From an uncultured delta proteobacterium (GTDB lineage Bacteria; Myxococcota; Myxococcia; Myxococcales; Anaeromyxobacteraceae), in assembly GCA_963828255.1 (NCBI GenBank), contig CAWHDZ010000008.1, forward strand, positions 1 to 64,000: 64,000 nt of DNA, in the 5' to 3' direction. A program made the translations under genes and the position numbers. The notes below the pieces were generated by a model that saw only the letters and a list, made by a program, of their open reading frames with translations, did no database searches and was not told the DNA's origin. Numbering within the stretch: the first letter of the stretch is position 1; each line of letters begins with the position of its first letter. Below are positions 51,179-63,285 of this stretch, in pieces.

Positions 51179-51841
51179 TCAGGGTGCGGGGCGCGAACGG
51201 ACGATCGAGGTGACGCAGAATGCCAGGACTCCGGCGGCGAAGAGGGTGTTGCCCAGGTAGACGGCGAAGCGGCGGCGGATCTCCTGGCCGCCGATCCCCC
51301 GGTACCAGGCGCGGGCCGCGGTGTCGCGGCCGGCCAGGTCGCCGGCCGGCAGGGGCGCCCCGTGCACGCCCGCGAGGCGGGCCACCGCACGCCGGTGGAT
51401 CTCGAGCACCTGCACGAGGGCCACCCCGGGGAGGCCGCTCACCTCGCCGAGCCTCCCCGACCTGGCTGCGCGCCCGTGGTTGGCGGTGAGGGCGGCGGCT
51501 CCGTCCGGGAAGGTGGAGAGGAACTGGACCCGCGCGACGTCGCCGGGGTGGGGCGAAAGCTCGAAGACGTCGGCGAAGACCAGCCCGTCGGCGTCGGCGA
51601 AGGTCTCGGAGCGGAGCCCCAGCCCCCGGAACGGCCCGTCCTCGGCGTGGCTGCCCAGACGCCGGAATCCGAGCGGCAGGAGCACCTCGGCGGCGGCCCG
51701 CTGCGCCTCGGTCGGGGCGGCGACGTCCGGCGCGGATCGGGAGGAGACGAGCGACGGCGCCAGGACCAGGACGCCCCGCCGCCCGTACCGCAGGATCATC
51801 ATGGCGGCGTAGAAGCCCGCCAGCGCGAGGAGGATGGTCAC
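51179..51841 (-). CDS. Hypothetical membrane-anchored protein
   Basis: N- and C-terminal hydrophobic segments; GTGA overlap with tatC. Confidence 0.6.
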   Translation of the reverse strand: MTILLALAGFYAAMMILRYGRRGVLVLAPSLVSSRSAPDVAAPTEAQRAAAEVLLPLGFRRLGSHAEDGPFRGLGLRSETFADADGLVFADVFELSPHPGDVARVQFLSTFPDGAAALTANHGRAARSGRLGEVSGLPGVALVQVLEIHRRAVARLAGVHGAPLPAGDLAGRDTAARAWYRGIGGQEIRRRFAVYLGNTLFAAGVLAFCVTSIVRSRPAP

Positions 51842-52644
51842 GACGCGGTGGCGGCCTCGGCCGTCTTCCTCTTCTTCCCCACGATGCGGGCGGCGATGAT
51901 GCCCACCTCGTAGAAGACGATCATGGGCGCCGCCATGAGGAACAGGTTGAGCGGGTCGCCGGTGGGGGTGAGGATGGCCGCCAGGATCACGTTCACGATC
52001 CAGGCGTGGCGCCGGTACCTGGACAGGAACTCGGGGGTGACGAGCCCGATCATCGCCAGGAACGCGATGATGACCGGGATCTCGAAGACCACGCCGAAGC
52101 CGAGCATCATGGCGAGCACCAGCGTGAGCTGCTCGCGCATGGTGAGGATGGGCTTCATGTCCGGCCCGGCGATGGAGGCCAGCGCCGGGAAGGCGAAGGG
52201 CATCACCACGAAGTAGGTGAAGGCCACCCCGCAGTAGAAGAGCAACGTCCCGATGGCGACGAAGGGGATGACGAGCGTCTTCTCCTTCTTGTAGAGGCCG
52301 GGGGCGATGAAGAGCCAGAGCTGGAAGAGCACCCAGGGGGCGGCCAGGAAGAGCCCGCCGTAGAGCGCGACCTTGAGGTAGACGAGGAAGGGCTCGAGGG
52401 AGCTCGTGTAGTTGAGGGCCCGCTGCCCCTCCGGGAGCGAGTCGAGCACCGGCTGCATCACGAAGCGGAAGAGCCGCTCGGAGAACCAGCCGGCCACGGC
52501 CACGCCGACGGCGACGCCGAGGAGCGCCCGGACCAGCCGGATGCGCAGCTCCTTCAGGTGGTCGAAGAAGGTGGCCCGGACCTCGCCCTCCGGGGGAGGA
52601 GGGCCGGTCCCCTCGGCCGCGGCGGTCTCGGCTGGCTCGCTCAT
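51838..52644 (-). CDS. tatC: Twin-arginine translocase TatC
   Basis: HLKELRIRL, QLWLFIAPGLY..EK, FEIP, AILTPTGDP. Confidence 0.95.
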   Translation of the reverse strand: MSEPAETAAAEGTGPPPPEGEVRATFFDHLKELRIRLVRALLGVAVGVAVAGWFSERLFRFVMQPVLDSLPEGQRALNYTSSLEPFLVYLKVALYGGLFLAAPWVLFQLWLFIAPGLYKKEKTLVIPFVAIGTLLFYCGVAFTYFVVMPFAFPALASIAGPDMKPILTMREQLTLVLAMMLGFGVVFEIPVIIAFLAMIGLVTPEFLSRYRRHAWIVNVILAAILTPTGDPLNLFLMAAPMIVFYEVGIIAARIVGKKRKTAEAATAS

Positions 52645-53066
52645 GACAGCAGGGTGGGGCCGTCGTCGGGCTTCTCCGGCTCCGCGGCCGGCTTCGTCCC
52701 GGCCGCCGGATCGGCCTCGGCGAGCGGCGCAGCAGCGGGCACGGCCGCAGCGGGCGGGGGGGCCGGCTCGGCCAGCGCCGCGTCGAGCCCCGGGACGTTG
52801 TCGACGCTGGCCGGGGGCACCGGCTGGGGCGCAGCGGCGGGAACGGGGGCGGCCGCGGTGGGGGGGGCGATGCGAGCGCGCGAAGCCTTGCGCTCGTCGG
52901 CATAGAGCTCCTGCTCGAACTGCCCCTTCAGGTCGTCGCTGGCCTTCTTGAAGTCGCGCAGCCCCTTGCCGAGCTGCTTCGCCACCTCGGGCAGCTTCTG
53001 CGGCCCGAGCAGCACGAGCGCGAGCACGAGGATGATGACGATCTCACCGAAGCCGAGGCCGAACAT
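52641..53066 (-). CDS. tatB: Twin-arginine translocase TatB/TatA
   Basis: MFGLGFGE, LGPQKLPE, GKGLRDFK. Confidence 0.88.
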   Translation of the reverse strand: MFGLGFGEIVIILVLALVLLGPQKLPEVAKQLGKGLRDFKKASDDLKGQFEQELYADERKASRARIAPPTAAAPVPAAAPQPVPPASVDNVPGLDAALAEPAPPPAAAVPAAAPLAEADPAAGTKPAAEPEKPDDGPTLLS

Positions 53067-53089
53067 GGAAGGGGCGTTTATACCACGGC

Positions 53090-53502
53090 ATGTCCTTCTG
53101 GCTCGTCAAGACCGAACCCTCGACGTACGCGTTCCAGGACCTCCTGCGCGATCGGAACACCCGCTGGGACGGTGTTTCCAACGCGCAGGCCCAGGCGAGC
53201 CTCCGCGCCATGCGCGAGGGCGACGAGGTCGTCGTGTACCACTCGGGGGAGAAGGCGGCGGTGGGGCTTTCGCGCGTGGCGCGGGGGGCGTACCCGGATC
53301 CGGGGGATCCCGACGGGGAAGCGGGTGGCGGTGGACCTGGCGGCGGGGGTGGCGCTCGAGATGCCGGTGACGCTGGGGGTGCTGCGGGGGGAGAAGGTCG
53401 TTCGAGGGATCGGCGCTGTTGAGGCAGGGGAGGTTGTCGGTGGTGCCCGTGACGGCGGGGCAGTGGAGGGTGCTGCTCGGGAAGGGGGGAGTGCTGAGGT
53501 AA
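53090..53502 (+). pseudogene. EVE domain protein with two frameshifts (~53315 and ~53400)
   Basis: WLVKTEP, WDGVSN, YHSG in frame 1; VAVDL..PVTL in a second frame; LLRQGRLSVVPV..QW in a third, ending TAA at 53502. Confidence 0.8.
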
Positions 53503-53525
53503 GGGGGTTGGTGGCTCCTTGCGCG

Positions 53526-54754
53526 GGCGGATTCAACTGGTCCGTGCAACACCAAGTGGCGGGGTGACCGTCGCAGAGGCACGGTGGAGCATGGTTCGGA
53601 CCAGACGAGCAACCTCGTTCGCCGAGAAGGCGGACCTGTGGAAGCGGTGGAAGGACGGGGAGTCTTGCAGCGACATTGCCCGTGCGCTGGGACGTGGAAC
53701 TGGGACCGTGCACTGGATGCTTCGGGAATGGGGCGGGATTGCCCCGCCTGAGCGGCATCGGAATGCGCGAGTCCTCACTCTGGGGGAGCGGGAGGAGATT
53801 TCCCGAGGGCTCTCCGGCGGCGAGTCCATACGAGAGATCGCCGCTCGACTGAACCGCGCGCCCTCGACGGTTTCCCGGGAACTTCGGCGGAATGGCGGGG
53901 GCGACGGGTACCGAGCGGCCGGCGCCGATGGCCGTGCATGGAACTGTGCGCGTAGACCCAAGCAGTGCAAGCTGGCCATCCATCCTCGGTTGAGAAGGCT
54001 TGTCGCTGCGAAGCTATCGTTGCAGTGGTCCCCGGAGCAGATCTCTGGTTGGCTGAGCCAGCAACATCCCGGCGAAGACGCGATGAACGTGTCCCACGAG
54101 ACCATCTACCGCAGCCTCTTCGTGCAGACTCGGGGTGTGCTCAAGAAGGAGTTGCAGGAGCACCTGCGGTCCCGGCGGGTGATCAGGCAGTCGAAGAAGG
54201 CGACCAGGACCGGACAGAACCGCGGAAAGATCGTCGACGCCGTATCCATCCGGGAACGTCCCGCGAGCGCCGAGGACAGGGCCGTACCTGGCCACTGGGA
54301 AGGCGACTTGCTCACCGGCACGAACAACAGCCACATCGCGACTCTGGTCGAGAGGCGGTCGCGGTTCACGATGCTCGTGAAGGTCAGGGGCAAGGACACC
54401 GCCAGCGTGGTCAGGGCGCTCTCGAGGCAGGTGAAGAAGCTGCCCGCCGAGCTCCGCCGCACACTGACCTGGGACCGTGGAATGGAACTCTCCACGCACA
54501 AGGCCTTCAGCATCGCTACCGACGTGAAGGTGTATTTCTGCGACCCCCAGAGCCCGTGGCAGCGGGGCACCAACGAGAACACGAACGGCCTGCTCCGTCA
54601 GTACTTCCCGGTGGGCACACGGTTCTCCGACTTCTCGCAGTCAGACCTGAACCGGGTGGCGCGCCGACTCAACGAACGTCCCAGGAAGACGTTGGCATTC
54701 ACTTCACCCGCAGATATGTTTCACCGAACGTTGCAATGACCGGCTGAATCCGCC
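53526..54754 (+). mobile_element. IS30 family insertion sequence (1229 bp)
   Basis: Terminal IRs GGCGGATTCAACTGGTCCGTGCAAC and (reverse complement) GGCGGATTCAGCCGGTCATTGCAAC; 2-bp CG target duplication; lower GC. Confidence 0.93.
53591..54739 (+). CDS. IS30 family DDE transposase
   Basis: PSTVSREL HTH, WSPEQI, SHETIY, GHWEGD, WDRG.E, WQRGTNENTNGLLRQY. Confidence 0.95.
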   Translation: MVRTRRATSFAEKADLWKRWKDGESCSDIARALGRGTGTVHWMLREWGGIAPPERHRNARVLTLGEREEISRGLSGGESIREIAARLNRAPSTVSRELRRNGGGDGYRAAGADGRAWNCARRPKQCKLAIHPRLRRLVAAKLSLQWSPEQISGWLSQQHPGEDAMNVSHETIYRSLFVQTRGVLKKELQEHLRSRRVIRQSKKATRTGQNRGKIVDAVSIRERPASAEDRAVPGHWEGDLLTGTNNSHIATLVERRSRFTMLVKVRGKDTASVVRALSRQVKKLPAELRRTLTWDRGMELSTHKAFSIATDVKVYFCDPQSPWQRGTNENTNGLLRQYFPVGTRFSDFSQSDLNRVARRLNERPRKTLAFTSPADMFHRTLQ

Positions 54755-54773
54755 CGGTCTACTTCGTAGACCG
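54755..54773. terminator. Hairpin between convergent genes (remnant of an 11-bp stem split by the IS)
   Basis: CGGTCTAC-TTC-GTAGACCG; no U-tract, so terminator function is uncertain. Confidence 0.4.
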
Positions 54774-54778
54774 CGCTG

Positions 54779-57328
54779 TCAGTCAGAAAACAAGTCCTGC
54801 ACGTCCACCTTCGTCGCGCCCGCCTCGCCCGGCGCCTTCTGGACCGGCTCGGTGCCCTCCAGGTAGGGCTCGAGCACGCCGGGCTCGAAGGGCTCCACCG
54901 CCTGGCCCGTCTTCGGGTCGATTCGGACGAAGACGATCCCCTCCGGGATCGGGAAGGCGGGCTGGGGCCGGTCGCGGAGCGCCGCCTGCATGAAGGCGAG
55001 CCAGATGGGGAGCGCGGCCCGGCCCCCGGTCTCGGCGCGCCCGAGCGGCTGCTCGTTGTTGTCGAACCCGAGCCAGACCCCGGCCACCTGGTCGGCGGTG
55101 TAGCCCAGGAACCAGGTGTCGAAGGAGTCGTTGGTGGTGCCGGTCTTCCCGGCCACCGGCTTCCCGAGCCTGGCCGCCTGGGCCCCGGTGCCCACCGTGG
55201 CCACCTCCTGCATGAGGTGCTGGAGCACGAAGGCGGCCCGCCGATCGACGACGCGCACCGGCTCCTCCCGCACCTCGGCGTATCCCCCGGCGAGCCGCTC
55301 GGAGAGCGGCGCCCAGGGGTCGGTGGGGGCGATGCGGTCCTCGAGCAGCCGGCCGTCCCGGTCGAGCACCCTCTTCACGAGGAGTGATGGTCGCTTCAGC
55401 CCCTGCCGGTCCAGCACCGCGTAGACGTCCACCAGGTCGAAGAGGGTCGCGCAGGAGCTCCCCAGGGCGCTCCCCAGCTCGGGCTTCACCGGCGAGCCGA
55501 TGCCGAGCGAGGCCGCCCACTGCCCCAGGAAGGGCGCGCCCATCTTGCGGGCCAGCGCCTCGGCGGTCTTCACCGCCGGGATGTTCATCGAGGAGATCAC
55601 CGCCGAGCGCAGCGGCACCTCCCCCTTGAAGTCCTCGCCGAAGTTCTGGGGCTTCCAGGAGCGCTCGTCGTCCCGGAAGACCACCGGCGCGTCGGTGATC
55701 AGGGTGGAGGGGGTGAAGGAGAGCTTCTCGATGGCCGCGGCGTAGAGGATGGGCTTGAAGGCGCTCCCGGGCTGGCGGCAGGCCTGGAAGGCCCGGTTGA
55801 ACTCGGAGGCCTCGAAGTCGTAGCCCCCCACCAGGGCCCCCACGTAGCCGGTGCCCGGGTCCTGCGCGACCAGCGCGCCCTGGAGCCTGGGCTCCTGCTC
55901 CAGCGCCAGCAGCAGGGGGGCGGACGGGACGGCGGCGGGCTTGCCGGCCTTCCACGCCTTCTCGAGCGCGACCAGCTCCTCCCGCTCCACCCGGCGCACC
56001 AGCACCACGTCGCCGGCCTTGAGCGCGGTGGATGGACGCTCGATCATTGCGTACTCCCAGTGAACCTGGGAGTTGGGGACGCGGGCCCAGCGCATTCCCG
56101 AGACCGGGAGGATCCCCTGCTCCTCCCCCACCTCGACGGTGGCCCGTCCCGCGGCGTCGTTCACCCCCGTGACGATCCCCACCGCGAAATCGCCGGGACG
56201 GAGCGCGCCCCTGGGCCAGGCGCGGGAGAGGCGGCGCTGCAGCGCCTCGCGCTCGGCCCCCTGGACGCGGGCCACCGGCCCCCAGAAGCCCTGGCGCCGG
56301 TCCACGTCGAGCAGCCCGCGCAGCATGGCCTGCTGGGCGGCCCGCTGGGCGTCGAGGTCCATGGCCGACTCGACCCGCAGCCCGTCCCGCAGCACACGGG
56401 GGTTGCCGTGCCGCTCCACGATGCGGCGGCGCACCGCCTCGGCGTAGAAGGGCGCCACCTCCCGGAACGGGTCGTCGATGGCGTGGACCTGGACCGGCGA
56501 GTCGTCGGCGGCCCGCCGCTCCTCCTCGGTGATGGCTCCGTCCTCGCGCATGCGCCGCAGCACATAGGTGCGCCGCCTGCGGGCCGCCTCCGGGTGGAGC
56601 ACCGGCGAGTAGCGGCTGGGGGCCTGCGGCAGCCCGGCCAGCAGCGCCGCCTCGGCGACCGTGAGCTCCCCCGCGGTCTTGCGGAAGTAGTTCTCCGACG
56701 CCGACTCGATCCCGTAGCTGTGGTGCCCCAGGTAGACCCCGTTCAGGTAGAGCCAGAGCAGCTCCTCCTTGCCGAACGCCTTCTCCAGCCGCGCCGCCAG
56801 GATGGCCTCGCGGGCCTTGCGCCGGAGGTTCTTGCGCGTCCCCTCGGCGAGCCCCTCGGAGGAGACCAGCAGCGCCTTGGCGGTCTGCTGGGTGATGGTG
56901 GAGCCGCCCTGGATCTTCTTCTTGAGGACGTAGGTGTTCACGCCGGCGCGCAAGGTCCCCAGCCAGTCGACGCCACCGTGCTGGAAGAAGTTCTTGTCCT
57001 CGGCGGCCAGGAAGGCCTGCACCACGTGGCGGGGGATCCGCTCGTAGGGGACCATCCGGCGCCGCTCCTCGAAGAGCTCGCCGACCACCTGGCCGTCGGA
57101 GCTCACGATCTCCGAGACCACCGGCGGCCGGTAGGTCTCGAGCGACTCCACGGACGGCAGGCCCCTGGAGAGCCAGAAGTAGCCCGCCACGCCCGCGACG
57201 AGCCCGGCGTTGGCCACGCCCAGGAGCAGGAAGACCATCCAGCGCAGCGCCGAGCGCCACCTGGGGCGCCGCGGCGGCACCCCGTCGAGCACCAGCTTCT
57301 GCGTCGGGAGTTCGGGCTGTTCGGCCAT
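54779..57328 (-). CDS. mrcA: Penicillin-binding protein 1A
   Basis: AAEDKNF, GGSTITQQ, RKARE; transpeptidase SAFK, SMN, KTG. Confidence 0.92.
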   Translation of the reverse strand: MAEQPELPTQKLVLDGVPPRRPRWRSALRWMVFLLLGVANAGLVAGVAGYFWLSRGLPSVESLETYRPPVVSEIVSSDGQVVGELFEERRRMVPYERIPRHVVQAFLAAEDKNFFQHGGVDWLGTLRAGVNTYVLKKKIQGGSTITQQTAKALLVSSEGLAEGTRKNLRRKAREAILAARLEKAFGKEELLWLYLNGVYLGHHSYGIESASENYFRKTAGELTVAEAALLAGLPQAPSRYSPVLHPEAARRRRTYVLRRMREDGAITEEERRAADDSPVQVHAIDDPFREVAPFYAEAVRRRIVERHGNPRVLRDGLRVESAMDLDAQRAAQQAMLRGLLDVDRRQGFWGPVARVQGAEREALQRRLSRAWPRGALRPGDFAVGIVTGVNDAAGRATVEVGEEQGILPVSGMRWARVPNSQVHWEYAMIERPSTALKAGDVVLVRRVEREELVALEKAWKAGKPAAVPSAPLLLALEQEPRLQGALVAQDPGTGYVGALVGGYDFEASEFNRAFQACRQPGSAFKPILYAAAIEKLSFTPSTLITDAPVVFRDDERSWKPQNFGEDFKGEVPLRSAVISSMNIPAVKTAEALARKMGAPFLGQWAASLGIGSPVKPELGSALGSSCATLFDLVDVYAVLDRQGLKRPSLLVKRVLDRDGRLLEDRIAPTDPWAPLSERLAGGYAEVREEPVRVVDRRAAFVLQHLMQEVATVGTGAQAARLGKPVAGKTGTTNDSFDTWFLGYTADQVAGVWLGFDNNEQPLGRAETGGRAALPIWLAFMQAALRDRPQPAFPIPEGIVFVRIDPKTGQAVEPFEPGVLEPYLEGTEPVQKAPGEAGATKVDVQDLFSD

Positions 57329-57361
57329 CCGGGAGGACTGTAGGCAGGCCCCGCCGGCGGA

Positions 57362-58366
57362 TCAATGGCGCTTCGCGCCCGGGACCACCCGGGGAGCGGC
57401 GCCGGGGGGCGCGTCGAGGTTGGCTCGCCCCAGCACCTCGAGCAACTCGGGTGGGAGCGGGGCCTCGAGCCGGAGCGGCGCTCCGGTGACCGGGTGGGGC
57501 ACCTCGAGCCTCCAGGCGTGGAGGAACATGCGCCGCAGGCCCCAGCGGGCCCGCGCCTCGCGGTTGAATGCGAAGTCGCCGTAGCGCCGGTCCCCGGCCA
57601 CCGGGTGGCCGAAGGCCTGCAGGTGGCGCCGGATCTGGTGGGTGCGCCCGGTCTCGATGTGCACCCGGAGCAGGGAGGCGTCGTGGTTCGCCGAGATCAC
57701 CTGCCAGCGGGTCAGCGCCTCCTGGAACTTCACACCGCGCTGGTCCTTGGAGCGGCTGGTCTGCTCGTGCTCGGAGAGCGGCAGGTCGATCACGCCCGAG
57801 ACCTTGGCGAACTTCCCCTTGGCCAGCCCCAGGTAGGCCTTGCGGACCTCGTCACCCTCGGTGAACAGCTCTCCGAGCCGCACCATGGCCTTGCGGGTCT
57901 TCGCCACCAGCACCACGCCGCTCGTGTCCCGGTCGAGCCGGTGGGCCGGGCTGGCGCGGTACTCCCCGGGCGGAAGGTCGGCGGGGACGCGCAGGTATGC
58001 GCGCACCTCGTCCACCAGCGTGGCCCCCTCGATGCCGCTGCCGGGGTGGGCGGCCAGGCCGGCCGGCTTGTCCACCACGAGCAGGTGCTGGTCCTCGAGG
58101 AGGATGCCGAAGGTGCGCCGCGCGGCGCGGGGCCCCTTCGCCGCCCCCTCGGCGGGAACGAGCAGCCGCTCCTCGTCGCCGCGGATGGCGATCTTGTCGC
58201 CGTCGGCCAGCAGCTGCTCGGCGCGCCCGCGCAGCCCGTTCACCCGGATCTTCTTGGTGCGGAACATCTTGTAGACGTGGGAGAGGGGCACGCCGTTCAG
58301 CGCGCGGCGCACGTACTTGTCGAGACGCTGCCCGGCGGCGTCGGCGCTGACGGTGAGCTCGATCAC
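57362..58366 (-). CDS. RluA/RluC family pseudouridine synthase
   Basis: S4 domain GQRLDKY, canonical HRLDRDTSG, TGRTHQIR, MFLHA. Confidence 0.92.
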   Translation of the reverse strand: MIELTVSADAAGQRLDKYVRRALNGVPLSHVYKMFRTKKIRVNGLRGRAEQLLADGDKIAIRGDEERLLVPAEGAAKGPRAARRTFGILLEDQHLLVVDKPAGLAAHPGSGIEGATLVDEVRAYLRVPADLPPGEYRASPAHRLDRDTSGVVLVAKTRKAMVRLGELFTEGDEVRKAYLGLAKGKFAKVSGVIDLPLSEHEQTSRSKDQRGVKFQEALTRWQVISANHDASLLRVHIETGRTHQIRRHLQAFGHPVAGDRRYGDFAFNREARARWGLRRMFLHAWRLEVPHPVTGAPLRLEAPLPPELLEVLGRANLDAPPGAAPRVVPGAKRH

Positions 58367-59352
58367 CAGAGCTCCATCTGGGGGGATTCCTCGAGCGGCT
58401 CGGCCTGGATGCCCTCGCGCCGCAGCTCCTTGGCGAACTCGGCGGCGTGGCCGTGCATGGTGAAGACCCGGGACGCGCCGGTGGCCTTCGCGTAGCGCAG
58501 GAGCGACGGGAAGTCGGCGTGGTCGGAGAGCGGAAAGGATGCGTCCACGTTGCCGTACCAGCGGGCCCCGTCGAGGGCCCAGCCGGTGAGGACCGCCGTG
58601 CGGCGCGGGCGGATCCGGGCGATGGCCGCCGAGCGCGCCAGCTGCGGCGGCACCACCACGACCTCCCCCGGCGCGGCCCCCTCCGGCCCGAGCAGCCGGA
58701 CGTTCGGGAGCGGGACCCCCTGCTCCTCGTAGACCTGGTTCACCGCGTGGATGGTGGCGTGGGCGCGGCAGGGGTAGCCCAGCTCGCCGAAGTGCTTCAG
58801 CACCTCCTGGGCCTTGCCGAGCGAGTAGCCGAGCAGCACCGGCGTGGCTCCGTCGGAGAGCGCGTCGTCCACGAACCGGCGGACCGCCGCCAGGACCTCG
58901 TCCTTGGGCGGGAAGACGTACTTCGGCAACCCGAAGGTGGACTCCATGAGCAGCACGTCGCAGGGCATCACCTCGACCGGCTCGGCGGTGCGGGTGGGCT
59001 CGGTGCAGAGGTCACCGGTGTAGCCCACGGCCAGGCCGCCGGGCAGCGTGATGCGGATCTGGGCCGAGCCGAGGACGTGGCCGGCGGAGAAGAGCTCGAG
59101 CGTCAGCTCCCCCAGGCCGAAGGGGGAGCGGTAGTCGGCGGGGAGCACCTCGCTCCCCTTGCGGTCGCCCAGCCGGTGGCGGGCCAGGGCGGCGGTGGCG
59201 CGGGTGGCGATGGTCCGCTCGTGGCGTCCCAGGTGGTCGGAGTGGGCGTGGGAGACGAAGCCGCAGGGGCGCTTGCGGCGGGCGTCGAGGTAGAGCCCGG
59301 TTCCGCGGACGCGGAGCTCGCCGGCGACCAGCTCGATGGGGGAGCGCTTCAC
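58363..59352 (-). CDS. Beta-CASP-like MBL-fold nuclease (ligase-associated exonuclease-like)
   Basis: SHAHSDH, AGHVLGSA, YTGD, ESTFG, YSLGKAQE, LSDHAD. Confidence 0.85.
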   Translation of the reverse strand: MKRSPIELVAGELRVRGTGLYLDARRKRPCGFVSHAHSDHLGRHERTIATRATAALARHRLGDRKGSEVLPADYRSPFGLGELTLELFSAGHVLGSAQIRITLPGGLAVGYTGDLCTEPTRTAEPVEVMPCDVLLMESTFGLPKYVFPPKDEVLAAVRRFVDDALSDGATPVLLGYSLGKAQEVLKHFGELGYPCRAHATIHAVNQVYEEQGVPLPNVRLLGPEGAAPGEVVVVPPQLARSAAIARIRPRRTAVLTGWALDGARWYGNVDASFPLSDHADFPSLLRYAKATGASRVFTMHGHAAEFAKELRREGIQAEPLEESPQMELW

Positions 59353-59408
59353 GGGGAATGTGTAACAGGGGGGGCTGTCGCTGGCCTCCTGGGAGCAGCC
59401 GGGCTGAC

Positions 59409-60284
59409 TCAATTCCCCGCCGTCCGCCGGGACTGCAGCGCCCCGCCCACCTCGGCCACCACGATCCCCACCAGGATGAGCGCTCCTCCGGCGAGGCCCA
59501 GCGCCGGGAGCACCTCCCCGGTGACGAAGTGGGAGAAGACCGCCGCGGCGGGGGGCTCGAGCGCGTAGATGATGGCGGCCCGGACCGCCGTGGTGTGGCG
59601 CTGCGCCCAGTTCATGACGAAGAAGGCGCCCACCGTCATCACCAGGCTGGTGAAGAGGACCGTTCCGGCCAGCTCCGGCGACGGCGCGAGGCGCACCGGC
59701 TCGAAGGCGAGCAGGACGAGGCTACCCAGGAAGGTCACCGCGATCTGCACGAAGGTGAGCGCCACGAGCGGGTGGCGCGGGGAGAACTCGCTCGTCCACA
59801 CGATCTGGAAGGCGTAGGCGAAGGCGCAACCGAGCGTGAGCAGGTCACCGAGCTGGACGATGGCCGTCGAATCCCCGCCGAACGGGCGGGTGAGCATGGC
59901 GAGCCCCACCACGGCCAGCGTCACCCCCGCCCATGCCGGCCCCCCGACGCGCCGCCCCTGCAGGAACTTTGCAATGAGCGGGACGATGACCACGGCGAGC
60001 CCGGTGATGAAGCCGGAGCGGGCCGGGGTGGTGAAGCGCAGCCCGAAGGTCTGGAGCGCGAAGCCGGCGAACATGGCGAGGCCGAGCAACCCGCCGTCCC
60101 GCAGCAGGCCGGGGGAAGGGCGCTGCCGGCGCAGGATCCAGATGGCCCCCAGCACCGCGGTCGCGATCCCGAAGCGAAGGGAGAGGAAAACACCCGGGCT
60201 CGTCCCGGCGTCGAGGACGCGCTTCACGAGCGTGAAGGTCGTCCCCCAGACGAGCGTGAGGAGGAGAAGTGCGAGGTCGGCCAC
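59409..60284 (-). CDS. DMT/EamA family transporter
   Basis: VWGTTF, LQTFGL.FTT, GDLL, EP; 10 TM pattern. Confidence 0.9.
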   Translation of the reverse strand: MADLALLLLTLVWGTTFTLVKRVLDAGTSPGVFLSLRFGIATAVLGAIWILRRQRPSPGLLRDGGLLGLAMFAGFALQTFGLRFTTPARSGFITGLAVVIVPLIAKFLQGRRVGGPAWAGVTLAVVGLAMLTRPFGGDSTAIVQLGDLLTLGCAFAYAFQIVWTSEFSPRHPLVALTFVQIAVTFLGSLVLLAFEPVRLAPSPELAGTVLFTSLVMTVGAFFVMNWAQRHTTAVRAAIIYALEPPAAAVFSHFVTGEVLPALGLAGGALILVGIVVAEVGGALQSRRTAGN

Positions 60285-60334
60285 GGCGGCGCGGTTGTAG
60301 CAGAGGGTGCCCCGGTGGACTAGGTTGCCACCCC

Positions 60335-62488
<2,154 letters not shown>

Positions 62489-62520
62489 CGGGCCGGCGAA
62501 CGCCACGGTAGACTCGGGGC

Positions 62521-63285
62521 GTGCCGGGCGCGCCCTCGTCGTTCGAGCTCTCCAAGTGGTACCTGGACGTGGCGACCCCCGACGGGCGCTGCGCCGTCGT
62601 CTACGCGGCGCGCCTGAGGCTCCTGCGGGTCTCCCTCCAGGTGCAGGGGTTGCTCCTGCTCGACGGCGGCCGGGTGCGGGCCCGGTGGAGCGTGCTCCCC
62701 ACCCGCCCCCCGCGGGTCGAGGGAGGCCGCCTCCGGTTCTCCAGCCTTCCACTGGGCGTGAACGTCCGGCTCGACGCCATCGACCCCCCGTTCCGGGCCC
62801 GCCTGCGAGAGGGAGCCCGGGGCGCCGTCGACTGGGACTGCCGCATGCCCCGCGCCGGTGCGGAGATCCGGGTGGGGAAGGAGACCCTCTCCGGCCTGGG
62901 CTACGCCGAGCAGGTCCGGATCACCGTCCCGCCCTCGGAGCTGCCCATCCGCGAGCTGCGCTGGGGCCGGCTCCTGTCGCCCTCGGGGGGATTGGTCTGG
63001 ATCGATTGGCTCGGGGACGCACCGCTGCGCCTCGCGCTGCGCGACGGGCGCCCGGCATCCCTCGACCGGGTGACCGACCGGGAGGTGACGGTGGACGGCG
63101 CCCGGCACCGGCTCGACCCGATCGCGACCCTCCGCGACGCGCCCCTCTCCCGCACCATCCCCGCCACCGTCCGGCGTTTCCTGCCCCGGATCGGCCTCGG
63201 CCTCTCCGAGACCAAATGGCTCGCGCGCGGCGCCGTGGGCGGCGCGCCCGGCCTCTCCATCCACGAGGTGGTCCGGTGGCCGTGA
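62521..63285 (+). CDS. Hypothetical protein
   Basis: LSKWYLD, GLGYAE, LRWGR, ETKWL; GTGA overlap with the next gene. Confidence 0.65.
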   Translation: MPGAPSSFELSKWYLDVATPDGRCAVVYAARLRLLRVSLQVQGLLLLDGGRVRARWSVLPTRPPRVEGGRLRFSSLPLGVNVRLDAIDPPFRARLREGARGAVDWDCRMPRAGAEIRVGKETLSGLGYAEQVRITVPPSELPIRELRWGRLLSPSGGLVWIDWLGDAPLRLALRDGRPASLDRVTDREVTVDGARHRLDPIATLRDAPLSRTIPATVRRFLPRIGLGLSETKWLARGAVGGAPGLSIHEVVRWP

